DNA of 64,000 nucleotides, from NCBI RefSeq assembly GCF_009834535.1, contig NC_045705.1, positions 66,588,001 through 66,652,000 on the forward strand. The letters are read 5' to 3'. This document shows, one piece after another, positions 1-27,539 of this stretch. A program made the position numbers and the translations under genes. This stretch comes from Camelus ferus (lineage: Eukaryota). The notes beneath the pieces are model-generated. The model did no database searches, had not been told where the DNA came from, and was given only the letters and a program-made list of their open reading frames with translations. Positions within the stretch are counted from its first letter, which is position 1, and every line of letters starts with the position of its first letter.

Positions 1-292
1 GAATGTTCCCTCACCCTCCCACCCTTTCTCAGTGAAATCCCACTGATCTTTCCTCCTCAGCCAACACCTCCTGGAACCCTCCCCTGATTCTCTCAGCCAG
101 AACGCTGTACCTATGTCGAGGCACTGTGTTTTAGCAGAATGCACACCTCAGTTGAATACCAGGCTGCCCTCACCTCCTACAACTGACACTGGGACTGGGT
201 CCCCAGGGCACTGCCTGGAGAACCAGCTGGTAGTCCCACCTCCCACCAGAATGGGCCTCTGCCTCCCTGTGGAGGCCTCCGTGGCTCCCCAC

Positions 293-1941
293 CTGTGAGC
301 AGCATCAGCCAGGGCAGCAGGAGGAGGGCGGCAGTATGGAGAGGTGAGTAGGCTCGCAGCAGGGCAGACAGGGCAGGGCCCAGCAGCACAGAGATGTGAA
401 GCAGGACACCTGCGGTGTGAAGCAGCAGACACAGGAAGGGCCGGTAGTTGTGGAAGCCCACGCAGCGGCCCAGCAGGCGGCAGTGGTGGTCCCGGCGAAG
501 GATGCAGATGCGGCAGGCAGAGCAGTGCCCACTGCGGGGTGGCACCTGGCTCTGGCACTGGTAGCAGTAACTGCAGGGAAGGAACCACATGGTCAGTTCC
601 CCTAGCAGCTCTGAACCCCCTGTATCATGCCCCAGTCAGCCCTGAGTCCATCCTGGGGAAGCAGGCACAGCCAGTGCGCTCACTAAGCCTCAGGTTCTTC
701 ACAGGTAAATGCAGGCAGAACACCACCTCCAAGACCCTTCCACTCCTAGCACAGCAGGTCTGAGGGCTCCTCCACTGAAAGCCCTAGTCCTGAGGCCTTT
801 CTCTGGCCTCTAACAGTCAGGAGCAAACGTCTCATTTCCTCCAGTCACCATCTTGGTCCAAGTCACCATGAACTCTCTCCTTGATTATTGCATCAGCCTC
901 TCGACTGGTCTCCCTGATTCCACCTTTGCCCCCATCTAGTGTAGTCTCATCCCAGTGGCCAGACTGATTCTTTTGAAATCTGTCATGCCCCTCCTCTGCT
1001 CAAAACCCTCCAATGGCTCCCATTTCACTTCTTGTAAAAAGCAAAGCCTTCAATGTCTTACAAGGTCTTTACATCTCTAACCTGTCCTTTTCCCCCGCTC
1101 ACTCCACGCCAGCCACAATGGCTGTCTTGCTGTTCCTGGAACATGCTGGGCACAAAAGTGCCTCAGGGCCTTTGCATTGTCTGTTCCCTCTGCCTGGAAT
1201 ATTCTTCTCCCAGATGAATGTGGCTTACTCTCTCACTGCCTTCAAGTCTTTGCTCAAATGCCACCTTCTAGATGAGGCCTACTTTGATCACCCTATTTCA
1301 GGCAACAATTTGCATCCCCTTTACCCAGCTCTTTTTGTTTCCTTACCAACACCTTCTAACATTCTACATTATTTGCTAATTTATTACGCCTAAAGTTTAC
1401 CATCTGCCCCTCCCCCCTGAAATCAGTAATGTTTTATTGTATCTCCAGTGCCTATGACAGCACCTTGCACATAGTAGGTACTCAATAAATATTTGTAAGT
1501 TAATGAAAGATACTCCTTCTGGCTTCTGGTTCTAAAGGAGTTCTCTGGCTCAAACAAGCGGATCTTATTGTAAGCTGGTTCTAACATCTTTAGGTCCTAG
1601 GGGCCTTCCCCTGCCCATAGCTCCCGCTTCTCCTCCCGCCAGGTCCCGCACCCCACTCACGCCCAGCCCTGGCCCAGACTACGGCCGGCCAGCATCACAC
1701 CCCGGATGCTGGGATCCGAGCGCAGGAAGAGCCCCACGTTGCCCAGTAGGTTGAGCAGCTGGAAGGCTGCCAGCGCAAGCTGCAAGGTTCGGGCCAAGGG
1801 TCCCAGCGGGGGCGGCCCGGGACCCAGTACCAGCACGTAGGCCAGCTCCAGGGCCACGGCCGCGGCCCACAGCGCGGTGAGCACAAGGGGCAGCCCCGCC
1901 GGCGACCCCTCGGCGCTCCCCACCGCCCAGGGCTGCCCCAT
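293..1941 (-). CDS. ZDHHC24: Palmitoyltransferase ZDHHC24, partial (coding exons 1-2; the last exon lies left of the window)
   Basis: Exon 1 1941-1661 (281 nt, MGQPWAVGS...GQGWA) and exon 2 570-293 (278 nt) are joined by a phase-2 GT-AG intron. Exon 2 encodes the Cys-rich domain [38 protein letters not shown] containing the DHHC motif. A donor follows at 292-291. The position head-to-head with ACTN3 matches known synteny. Confidence 0.96.
780..1510 (+). mobile_element. L2 3' fragment filling most of ZDHHC24 intron 1
   Basis: L2 hallmarks (CTCTGCTCAAAACCCTCCAATGGCTCCCATTTCAC; CACATAGTAGGTACTCAATAAATATTTG...AATGAA). Confidence 0.8.
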
Positions 1942-2883
1942 GGCCTGGACCCACCCGCGGTCGGATCCCGAGTACCCCGTAGCTTCCGTATTGGGGCGGG
2001 GATAGCGGCAAACGGACGTCTGCCACGACCAATAGAAGCTGTGAAAGGGTGCGGCGAGCGTTCAGGTTCACAGGCAGCAGTCCGCAGTTAGGGAGATGTG
2101 ATTGGACGGCCGAACGAGCCAAGTCGATGCTTGAAATCTTGTTGGCTGTAGAGCCCGGTAGGACAGCACCGTTATGGCCCCGCCCACTCGCGGAGGCCCC
2201 ACCCTTCCCTCGGACGCCTGGCGCGCTAGTCCCGCTGGCCCTCACGCCAGGAGGATTGAGTTGCAGCCTTGGTGGCATCGGGGTTTCCCGGCTCAGCACA
2301 TTCTCCCTCACCCCCCAGTCGCCCCGATATTAATAGACCTGCCTCGGCCCAACCAGCTGGCTTGGAGCCCGTCCCCATGCTCGGAATGTCTCCCTTCATC
2401 TCTCCAGAAAACATTCAAAACAGCTGGGCGCCTCGATGTTTCTGACTGTGAAATGGGAATGGTGCTCCCTGTTTCCCACCAGCACAGTGCAGGAAAAGGG
2501 TCGGGAGGAGGCCCAAAAGGCAGATCCCAGAGCGGCCTGCAGCCACCATTGTTATCGTCATCTCCGTTGTATATGTGAGGAAACAGACTCAGAGAGGGTC
2601 CATGGCTTTCCCAAAGTCACACAGCGCCCAAGCGGCGGAGCTGGAACGCGAACCCCGGATTTCCGCCACGGGATCCATCCTAGTGCCCCAAAATTCTGCA
2701 GTCTCCTAACCCCAGGACAACCTCCTGCCTGGTCCCGACCCAAGCGCCCTCGCCCCCATCCGGCCCCTCCCTCCTCCCCCATATTTAGCGCGAATCCGAT
2801 CCGGGGCTGGGCTGGGCGCTACTTAACGCGGCCCCCATGTTCTGCAGCTCTCCGAGCGGAGCGGAGCCAGGAGCCCGAGCAAG
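1942..2883. promoter_or_regulatory. Divergent promoter region between ZDHHC24 and ACTN3 (CpG-rich at both ends)
   Basis: 942 nt between the two ATGs. The ZDHHC24 side has CCAAT/ATTGG boxes near 1991, 2029 and 2101 and a GC box near 1996. The ACTN3 side has muscle-type motifs: near-MEF2 2327-2336, CAGCTG 2421-2426, CCATATTTAG 2779-2788. Confidence 0.8.
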
Positions 2884-15506
<12,623 letters not shown>

Positions 15507-15609
15507 CTTCGACCCCTACGCCAAGTCTGGAGAGAGGGTACCTCCTCTGGCTGAGCCCATCCATCCCTCAGAGCAGGGGCCCCGGAGAAAGACCAGCCAA
15601 GTGTTTCTG

Positions 15610-15615
15610 AATAAA
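15610..15615 (+). terminator. ACTN3 polyadenylation signal
   Basis: AATAAA about 100 nt after the ACTN3 stop codon; the first such hexamer in the 3' UTR. Confidence 0.8.
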
Positions 15616-15780
15616 GATGCATCATAGGCCTTTCTCCATCTCCTTCTGGTTCCTGAAGCAGAGGCTGGGCCCCCGGGCTTCTGGGCCAGCTGCCCAACCA
15701 TGATTCTCCAGGGTTCCCCACCACCCTGCCTTGCCCTCAAGGACCAAGCATTCACACCACACTGGGGCCCAGGACACCTC

Positions 15781-15786
15781 TTTATT
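15781..15786 (-). terminator. CTSF polyadenylation signal
   Basis: Plus-strand TTTATT reads AATAAA on the minus strand, about 460 nt downstream of the CTSF stop. Confidence 0.75.
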
Positions 15787-16248
15787 GTGTTAGAAAAGGT
15801 GGGTTACAATAGTTTCTCTAGATATGGAAGGCAACACTGCCCCCAGATCCAGGGGACCAGAAAATTTATAGCATCAGAGGAAAGCCAGGGCAGGAAGCCA
15901 GAGCCTGCTGAGGACACAGCTGGGTTTAAGACCACAGTATTTTCTTCCCACTTGCTCCTTACCCGAGCCCAGGGTTCTTGCCCCAGCTTCGGCTGCCAAG
16001 ACTTCATCCTTCACCCCAAGGTCCTCCTAGCTACCACAATTCAACAAAGGTGCAGTTGGGGAACTTCAGGGTAGGTGGGTGGGGGTCGGGGGAGGGGCTG
16101 TGCCCTGAGCCCAGTGGCCTTTGCTCACCCTCAGGTACCTGGTGCCCGTCCCTCAGCCAGCTGTGCCTCCTGGGGAGGGGCCTGGCCACGCAGGTCAGGC
16201 AGGGGAAGGGGCTGCTCTGGTCACCACCAGGTCCTGAGCTGCTGCACC

Positions 16249-20637
<4,389 letters not shown>

Positions 20638-20984
20638 GGCGAGGGCGAAGCCGGGGGCCCGGACTCACGCAAGGACAGACGCGCGGATCAACCGACGGGG
20701 CGGAGCAGCCGGCGGCCCGGGGCCCTGGTCCTCCCCCAGCTCCTGGGGCGGCGGGGCGCCGGCCAATGGGCGCCGGCCGGGGGCGCCTGCGCGCTCGCTT
20801 ATTTACGTGAGGCACGTGGAGCGGCCAGGCGGCGCAAACGGGTGGGTCCCAGCGCCGCCCTAAGGCGCCTGACACCAGCAGGGTCTGCGGACAGGTGGCC
20901 CGGGGTTCCAGCTTTGAAGTAATCTTCCTAGGTCTTGGAGCTGCTGTTTGGGGAGGGGAAATGATGCTGAGCTGAGAATAAAAA

Positions 20985-21200
20985 TAATAGCTAGCATTTA
21001 TTACATGCTTATTATATGTTACACATTATATGCCATCTCCTTTTAATCGTAGTAAGTATCCCGTGAAGTAGATGTCATCCCCATCTTATAATTGAGGAAG
21101 TAGAGGCTTAGATATATTAAGTAGCTTGCGAAACATCTGCTAAGTGAAAGAGCTGGGCCTGAACCCAGGGATTTGGCTTCAGAGCTTGGATTCACAGATC
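20985..21200 (-). mobile_element. MIR upstream of CTSF
   Basis: CCCCATCTTATAATTGAGGAAGTAGAGGCTTAGA...AAGTAGCTTGC core. Confidence 0.65.
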
Positions 21201-21479
21201 GATTACCTCTTTTTTTAAATTGAGGTATAGTTGATTTATAGCTGCACCCCCTCTTTGAGGCCCCTCATCTCATCAGCAAAATGGCAGCTAATACCCCCTG
21301 GACTGGCAGTGCCTCAGGCTGTTATGGGGATCAAATGCAAACATGCAAACAGTGCACAGGGTTGGGACTGTTCTTTTGTTCCTTCAAGCATTCACCAAGT
21401 GTTCTAGGGCCTCGCAAGCAACATGAACAGAGGCACTAGGCATAGTATTGCCTATCGTGAGCTCCCAGTCTAGTGGAGA

Positions 21480-22521
21480 TGTTACCGAACTCAGATCCAG
21501 CTGCTCGCCTCTCAAAAATCAGTGAGAGAGAGAGAGAGACAGAGAGAGAGAGGCAAATGGTAGAAAGGAAAGTTGCTTTTAATCAGAATGCCAGCAATCT
21601 GGGAGGATGGTGTACTCAGTGTCCCCACAAAACCATCTCCCCAGATTCTGCTCAGCCATGAAAGTTTTTAAAGGGAAAAAGGGAAGTAATCTCAGTTAAT
21701 CATTGAGATGGGGGTCAGAGTGGTCACCACCTGCCACTGCGTACAGGCTTGTTGACTTGTGATCTTTCTTTACATGTTATCTTGTTCACACAGTTTGTTC
21801 ATGAGATGACTGAAGGGGAAGCTAGGGAAGAGAACTGGTCATCTGTTAATTACTTATTCTTAATTTCTGCTTCTTTGATCTATGGAAAGAACCAACAAGT
21901 TAGGCAAGGTATTGTGTGATCAAAAGATCTGAAAGATGTGTTGGGGCCAGATACGAGTAGAGCAGGGGCGTGCCTGGTTTAAGTTTAGTGACAAGACTAA
22001 AGAGGCCTCCTGCAGAGAGCTCCGTCCTGCAAAGAGCTCTTTCCTGCCAAAAGCTGCTTATAAATCCCGACTTGTCAGAACATCATTCCATTTCTATGGG
22101 ATTATGGGTGAAGGTCTGTCTTCTGTAACTTCTTCATGCTGACATAGGGCACTGTATTCTTAGGGTGGAAAATGTTGACATGGGTCTGTAGCATCTCCTT
22201 GCTGACAGTTGTAGTTGCCTGTTTACATAGACAAGCAGAACAAGGTACAATTATTTTGATGCCCACAAAGATACAGATTATTATGAGCAATAGTGTTAAT
22301 CCCATTTTCTTAAGGCCGGTTCTTGGAATTGTCCTGGCCAGAGATTTCAGTGCTGCCCGAGATGGAGCAGTTTATGTCACAGCTGTGATCTGGTCATCAC
22401 GCAGTTAGCCTTTCCACTCTGGAAGACTGGGAGACTTCAGCTTTTCTATAAACAACATGCAGGGGACATGGAGGGGCCTCTGCACTTGGGGGTGGGGCCC
22501 ATGGGATTCTGCTCTGTTCCA
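21480..22521 (-). mobile_element. ERV1-class solo LTR
   Basis: On the minus strand it begins TGGAACAGAGCAG and ends TTCGGTAACA (TG...CA). A 4-nt GAGA target-site duplication flanks it (21476-21479 and 22522-22525). ATTAAA poly(A) signal at 21583-21578. The termini resemble laurasiatherian ERV1 LTRs as I recall them; subfamily not assigned. Confidence 0.75.
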
Positions 22522-23499
22522 GAGAGACAGATGAGAAAAAGGAATTTTCCTCCAAGATGTTACCAGCCGGGGGAGAAGAAACAGGGAAGAGAGATTTTAA
22601 GGGAATTGGGGGAAGCCCCATAAGTGGGTAGAGGGTTAATCTGGGCATGGAGAGTGGGGAGATATGGTCCTAATGATCATCTGGTCTGAACTGACTTCTT
22701 TTGGCAGCAGAGGTCTATAGACATGAAGTGACTAAGTGACTCTGAGCTACTCAGAAAGCAGTGCTGAAGCCAGACCAGAGCCACGCCACGCTCCCAGCTG
22801 AGGTCTGAGAGGGGAGGGCCTGAGGGAGCCCAGCAGTGACGGAGCTCCCCGGCTTGTGCCCTCCTCAGTTTCAGCTCTTCAGGGCTCCCTTTGTCTCTCA
22901 CAGGAGGCAGTCCCAGGTCCTTAATCTGGCTCCTAAAGCCCCGAAGTTCCAGTCTCGCCGTGGTCCTCTGTCTGTGCTCTGCACCTGACACTCCAGTCTC
23001 ACTCTATTTGCAGGAGTTGAAGCTCTTGCACACCTTGGAACCTTCACACTGCTCTTCCTCGGCCTAACTCCCAGACACCTTTCAGCTCTCAGTTTGGGGA
23101 CAGTTCCTCAGGAAGGCGTCCCTGACCCACCCGCACTGCCCCTGGCTGCTTCAGTGCCATTGCCTCTGTACTCCTCGACTCCTAGCCCCATGAACTTCCT
23201 CCTCCTACAAGGTCTAAAGCTGAATGAGTTACAAATAGGAATTTCTAAGGCACAGGAGAGGCAGTGGGACTTTTCTTAGATCCAGGTTTTCGGAGATCCA
23301 CACTGGTGTTGTATTTCACCTTTGTGGGAAACGGTCATCTTCCCCAAAGTTCTGTTCCTCAGACACTGAAGCCACCTGACAAGTGTCTGGGGGAAAGGGT
23401 GGCTCATCTTCTCACCAGAGTGAGGCAAGCAGGCACCCTGATAATTAATGGAGGGAAAGGAGGAATTTTTTTTTAAACCACACATTTATCTCAGGCAAT

Positions 23500-24230
23500 T
23501 GTCCCAACAACCTTCAAGAGAGAAATTGTACAACTCCACACGGGGATAGTGAAGCCAGGGCATGCCAACATTCAGAAGCTGAGCTAAAAGGAGGGAGGCA
23601 GCAGAGGAGACTGGGAAGAAATGGACATTGAGCAAGGAGGAAGACTCAGAGAGGGTGATGTCAAGGAAGTGGAAGAAGAGAGTGTATTTCTTTAAATTAT
23701 TTTTTTAGAGTTTTTTTTTTTTCTGGGGGCGGGGATTAGGTTTGTTTGTTTGTTTATTTTCAGAGGAGGTACTGGGGATTGAACCCAGGACTTCCTGCAT
23801 GCTAACCATGCACTCTACCACCTGAGCTATACCCTCCCCGCAAGAGTGTATTTCAAGAAAGAGGAAGTGGCTGACTGTCCAGTGCCACCAAGAGGGCAAG
23901 CAAGATTAGGAGAGAGAAGTGATCTTTGAGTTGGGCAACATGTAGGTCACTGGGGAACTCATTAAGAGTGGTGGATTGAGGAAATAATCTGAGAAATGCA
24001 GACAATGAATGGAGACAAAGATTTCAAGACGTTTTACCATGTAGGAGAGGAGATGAGGTGAAAACTAGGGGAGCTTGGGGCATTTAGAGTGTTTTTTTTT
24101 TTTAGATGGGAGACACTAGAGCATGCTTGTGAGTTGATGGAATGGCCAAATAGAAAGAAGGGAGATATTGATGATTCAGAAGAGAGGGGAGAGAATTGCA
24201 GGAACAAAGAGCTTGAAAAGCGAGGGCTGG
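23500..24230 (-). mobile_element. L2 fragment (antisense) interrupted by a SINE
   Basis: Purine-rich antisense L2 body (GGGCAACATGTAGGTCACTGGGGAAC...); boundaries approximate. Confidence 0.55.
23691..23839 (-). mobile_element. tRNA-Ala-derived SINE (vic-1-like, camelid)
   Basis: A box, B box and A-rich tail; 12-nt TSD AGAGTGTATTTC at 23679-23690 and 23843-23854. Confidence 0.88.
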
Positions 24231-24593
24231 TATATCAGTTACCTCCTGCTGTGTGAAACATTGCCACAAAGTGGATGGCTAGGGCTGTGATCTCATTGGA
24301 GGCTGAACTGAGGAACAATCTGCCTCCAAGCTCATGTGGCTGTTGGCTGCTGCCATATGGACCTTTCCAACGTGGCCACTCGCTTCCTCAAAGCCAATAA
24401 GGGAAAGGGATGATATTAAAATCTTGTCTAATATAATCACACACCTAATCACATGTGTTGATCACCTCTGCTGTACTCTACTGGTTAAAAGCAAGTCACA
24501 GGTCTCTCCCATACTCAAGGGGAGGGGATTACATAAAGATGTGAATATCAGGAGTGGGGATCATGGGGGCCACCTTAGAGTCTGTCTGCCACA
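24230..24593. mobile_element. MLT1-type (MaLR) LTR
   Basis: MLT1-like termini and core (...AGTCACAGGTCTCTCCCATACTCAAGGGGAGGGGATTAC...TCTGCCACA). Confidence 0.7.
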
Positions 24594-24656
24594 GGTGTTC
24601 CTGAGAAGAGTGCCCAGTACACAAAAATATTAACAACAGTAAAAATAATGGCTAAT

Positions 24657-24827
24657 GGGGGTGGGCAGTGTATAGCTCAGTGGTAGAGTGCCTACTTAGC
24701 ATGCACAAGGTCCTGGGTTCAATCCCCAGTACCTTTATTTAAGAAAGAAAGAAAGAAAACCTAATTGCCGCCCTCCCCCCCCAAATGAATAGAGATACAT
24801 TTTTTTAAAGAAACTGTCTAAAAAAAA
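24657..24827 (+). mobile_element. tRNA-Ala-derived SINE (vic-1-like)
   Basis: TAGCTCAGTGG A box, GGTTCAATCCC B box, CCTAATT plus C-run body; TSD AATGGCTAA. Confidence 0.88.
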
Positions 24828-26167
24828 ATGGCTAACATTGAATGAGCACCAACTCCATGCTAAGCACTCAGTGTTCTCGGCATGTACACAGACTAGCCCA
24901 GGAAACCACACAACAACCCCATGAAACAGATATGATGCAGATGAGGAAACTAAAGCAACGAGAGACTCAGTAACTTGCCCAAGTTGCAGAAGTGGTGAAG
25001 ATGTAAGCAGGGTTTGAATCTTGTTCTAATACAGATAAAGATTCTGCTTCTCAAACTGGCCTCTGCAGACCCCCGGGATGCAGGAGATAAGCCATTCAAA
25101 GCTAGAGGGTAAACAGAGCATTGTTCTTCCCAGCGCTCTCAATAGACACAAAAGATCAGTCACCCAGTGTCCAGGGGGTGTGGGGTGAGGGACAGGGGAG
25201 TAGTTGACAATGCACGGTCTCAGCTTCTGCTTCAGTAGATCAAGGTAAAGAACTTGGAATATGTGAGTGCATCTGATGAACACTTATGTTTGAAAAGTAT
25301 GCCTTACATGTCAATTGCTATACTGGGATGAATTTTATTTTAAATTTATTTTCCATTGGAACATGTCCCCAGATATTCAGCATAGTGTGCAAAATTTGCA
25401 GCACTTCTTTAAAGACCTGAATTTTCAATGAAATGGCAGTTGCTTGCAGCGAGGTTCCTGGGATAAGGGGTTGATTTCACCCTCTACTGTCACTAGGGTT
25501 TGAGAAGGTCTATATTTACACTGAAGCAAATGCTGCCCAGGAATGAAAACGTCTAGGGGATGGCTCAACCCCCAGGACATGGCCAGATGAACTGACCTTT
25601 CTAGGACAAGGTGGGGCAAACAGCAGACTTTCCTTCAGGGAATTTCATCTGATTTATGAGAATGGCAGTAACTACTGTGTGGTCTGAGTCTTTTCCAGAT
25701 CCCTCTGACTTACTTCCTGATCTTTGGGAGTGGTGGACAACTTGTAAAATTTCTTTCCAGTAAATAAAATGCTTCAGTTTCCTAAGACTTATTTCCCCAG
25801 GATAAAAGAGGTCTTTTTCTGGGGCTGAGAGGTGGGAGACAGTGAGGAGGAATTAGAAAAGAGGACAAAGTCACAGGCTTTAGAGTCAGATTGACTGACC
25901 TTGATTTTAATTCTGGTTCTACCATGTCAGTTGGCTGTGTGACCATGAGCAAGTTAGTTCACTTCTCTGAGCTTTTTTTGTAGAAATTGGAAGAAGATAG
26001 AAATGTACCTCATTTATCACACCAGTTCTAACCCTCTAGCAAACAAACACTTGCAGAGAGAGTCCTAAAGGGTGGAATGAGTTGTGAGGGTATGGAGGGT
26101 CAGATCTTTGAGAGGCTCCAAAAGAGAAGGCCAATAAGCAGAGCTTAGGTGGCTAGTCTTTCACATA

Positions 26168-26350
26168 CAGTGGACGTCTCAGAGGAAGATCTACTGTCCC
26201 TGGGAAATCAGATCTGGAAGTTTGTAGGGGCATTCATGGTTATCACATTGATAGGGGCTCTCTGGTCCTTAGCAGACAGGGGCTAGAGATGCTAGATGTC
26301 CTTCACTATTCAGGACAGGCCCACATTACTGAGAATTGTTCCATGTCCTG
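26168..26350. mobile_element. MER20/MER3-like hAT relic
   Basis: Degenerate hAT-Charlie MITE-like motifs; family uncertain. Confidence 0.45.
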
Positions 26351-27539
26351 CACAGCTTTCTAAAGTCCCATTGGTCATTTATGTAAGTAGAAAAACCTGT
26401 TTATATTAACTGCCTCAAGCTCTGTTATATCTATAAACACATAATATTATGTGTACAGTTTTAGCATACACTGAATTTTCCAGAAATTCTACTAAAGTGA
26501 AAATCCAGGGAAGAATTTTCCTTGTATGAGTTCAGATCTTTACAAAAGGGTGTTCACCATTTCAGAAGATCATGTCTCAGTATTTGGGGTGGTCCCAGGT
26601 CACAATAATCTCTTCATTACAGCTTCCAGTGTGATCTTGACTACGTACATGTAGAAATGCACACTTCTTTTAGCAGACATTATCTTCATTTTATTTTTCC
26701 TTGATTTTAAAAATTATGTCAGTAGGTAGGATATTATCCATGAATTTCATTTTATTTGTTTAACAAAGATTGACAGAGTGTACAATAAGGCATCAGGCAC
26801 AATTCAGATGCTGCAGAAGTGAAGAGAGCATTGTGAAATATCTGTTGTTAAAATGGCGTGTTGGATCTGATAGAGCTGAGATCCACTGGTAGGCTGACCT
26901 GATTTTAATCCTAACTCCTAACTCACCATCTACTACGATGTAAACTGGGGCACATCTTTTCACCTCTCTGAGCCTCTGGTTCCTTGTACTGATGTGTGTA
27001 GATTACATGAGATCATGCAGCTTCTCAGATCTGCTCGTGGAAGGATGACTGACAACATTATTATTAGGTTGATTGATTTCTTTTATGGAACAGGTACACC
27101 ACCATTTTAGCTTTCTTAAACTCCGTTGCCTAGCTATCTCTTTCTGTTGAGGCTCCTTGCCTCCTTCCCACTCTGAGCTGTCCAAAGTCCTCAGTGATTT
27201 ATTTAGTCTGAAATTGGGAGTGGTAGGGCTGGTTTTTGAAGATACTGGCCATGGTCTGACTTCTTTGCCCATCCTGTGGGGAACTGGAGTCTGGAGTCTA
27301 CTGCTATTAAGACTTATTATAGCCACACGATGGCGCCATTGAGGCTTAATCCTGGACACTCTCAGGGTCGCCAGCCCTGGAAGAAGTTGAGGGCCACTCT
27401 CTTCCGGCTCTCTCACCTTCCACCCAGCCACTGCCCTCAGAGCACCACCGCAGGGCCTGGGAGGCAGGACCAGAGAAGAGTCCAGCATCACTGGATGAAA
27501 ATCAGCCCTAATCTACATCTCCTACATGTAGATAAAAAT

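Noticed and set aside
1679-2311. 210-aa minus-strand ORF and the 202-aa plus ORF at 2436-3044
   Set aside because: These are alternative frames across GC-rich CpG-island and exon-1 sequence, with low-complexity G/A/R/P composition and no recognisable domain.
2049-2700. Upstream alternative first coding exon of ACTN3 (I recall a longer human isoform)
   Set aside because: I could not identify a supported ATG plus phase-0 donor here from sequence alone.
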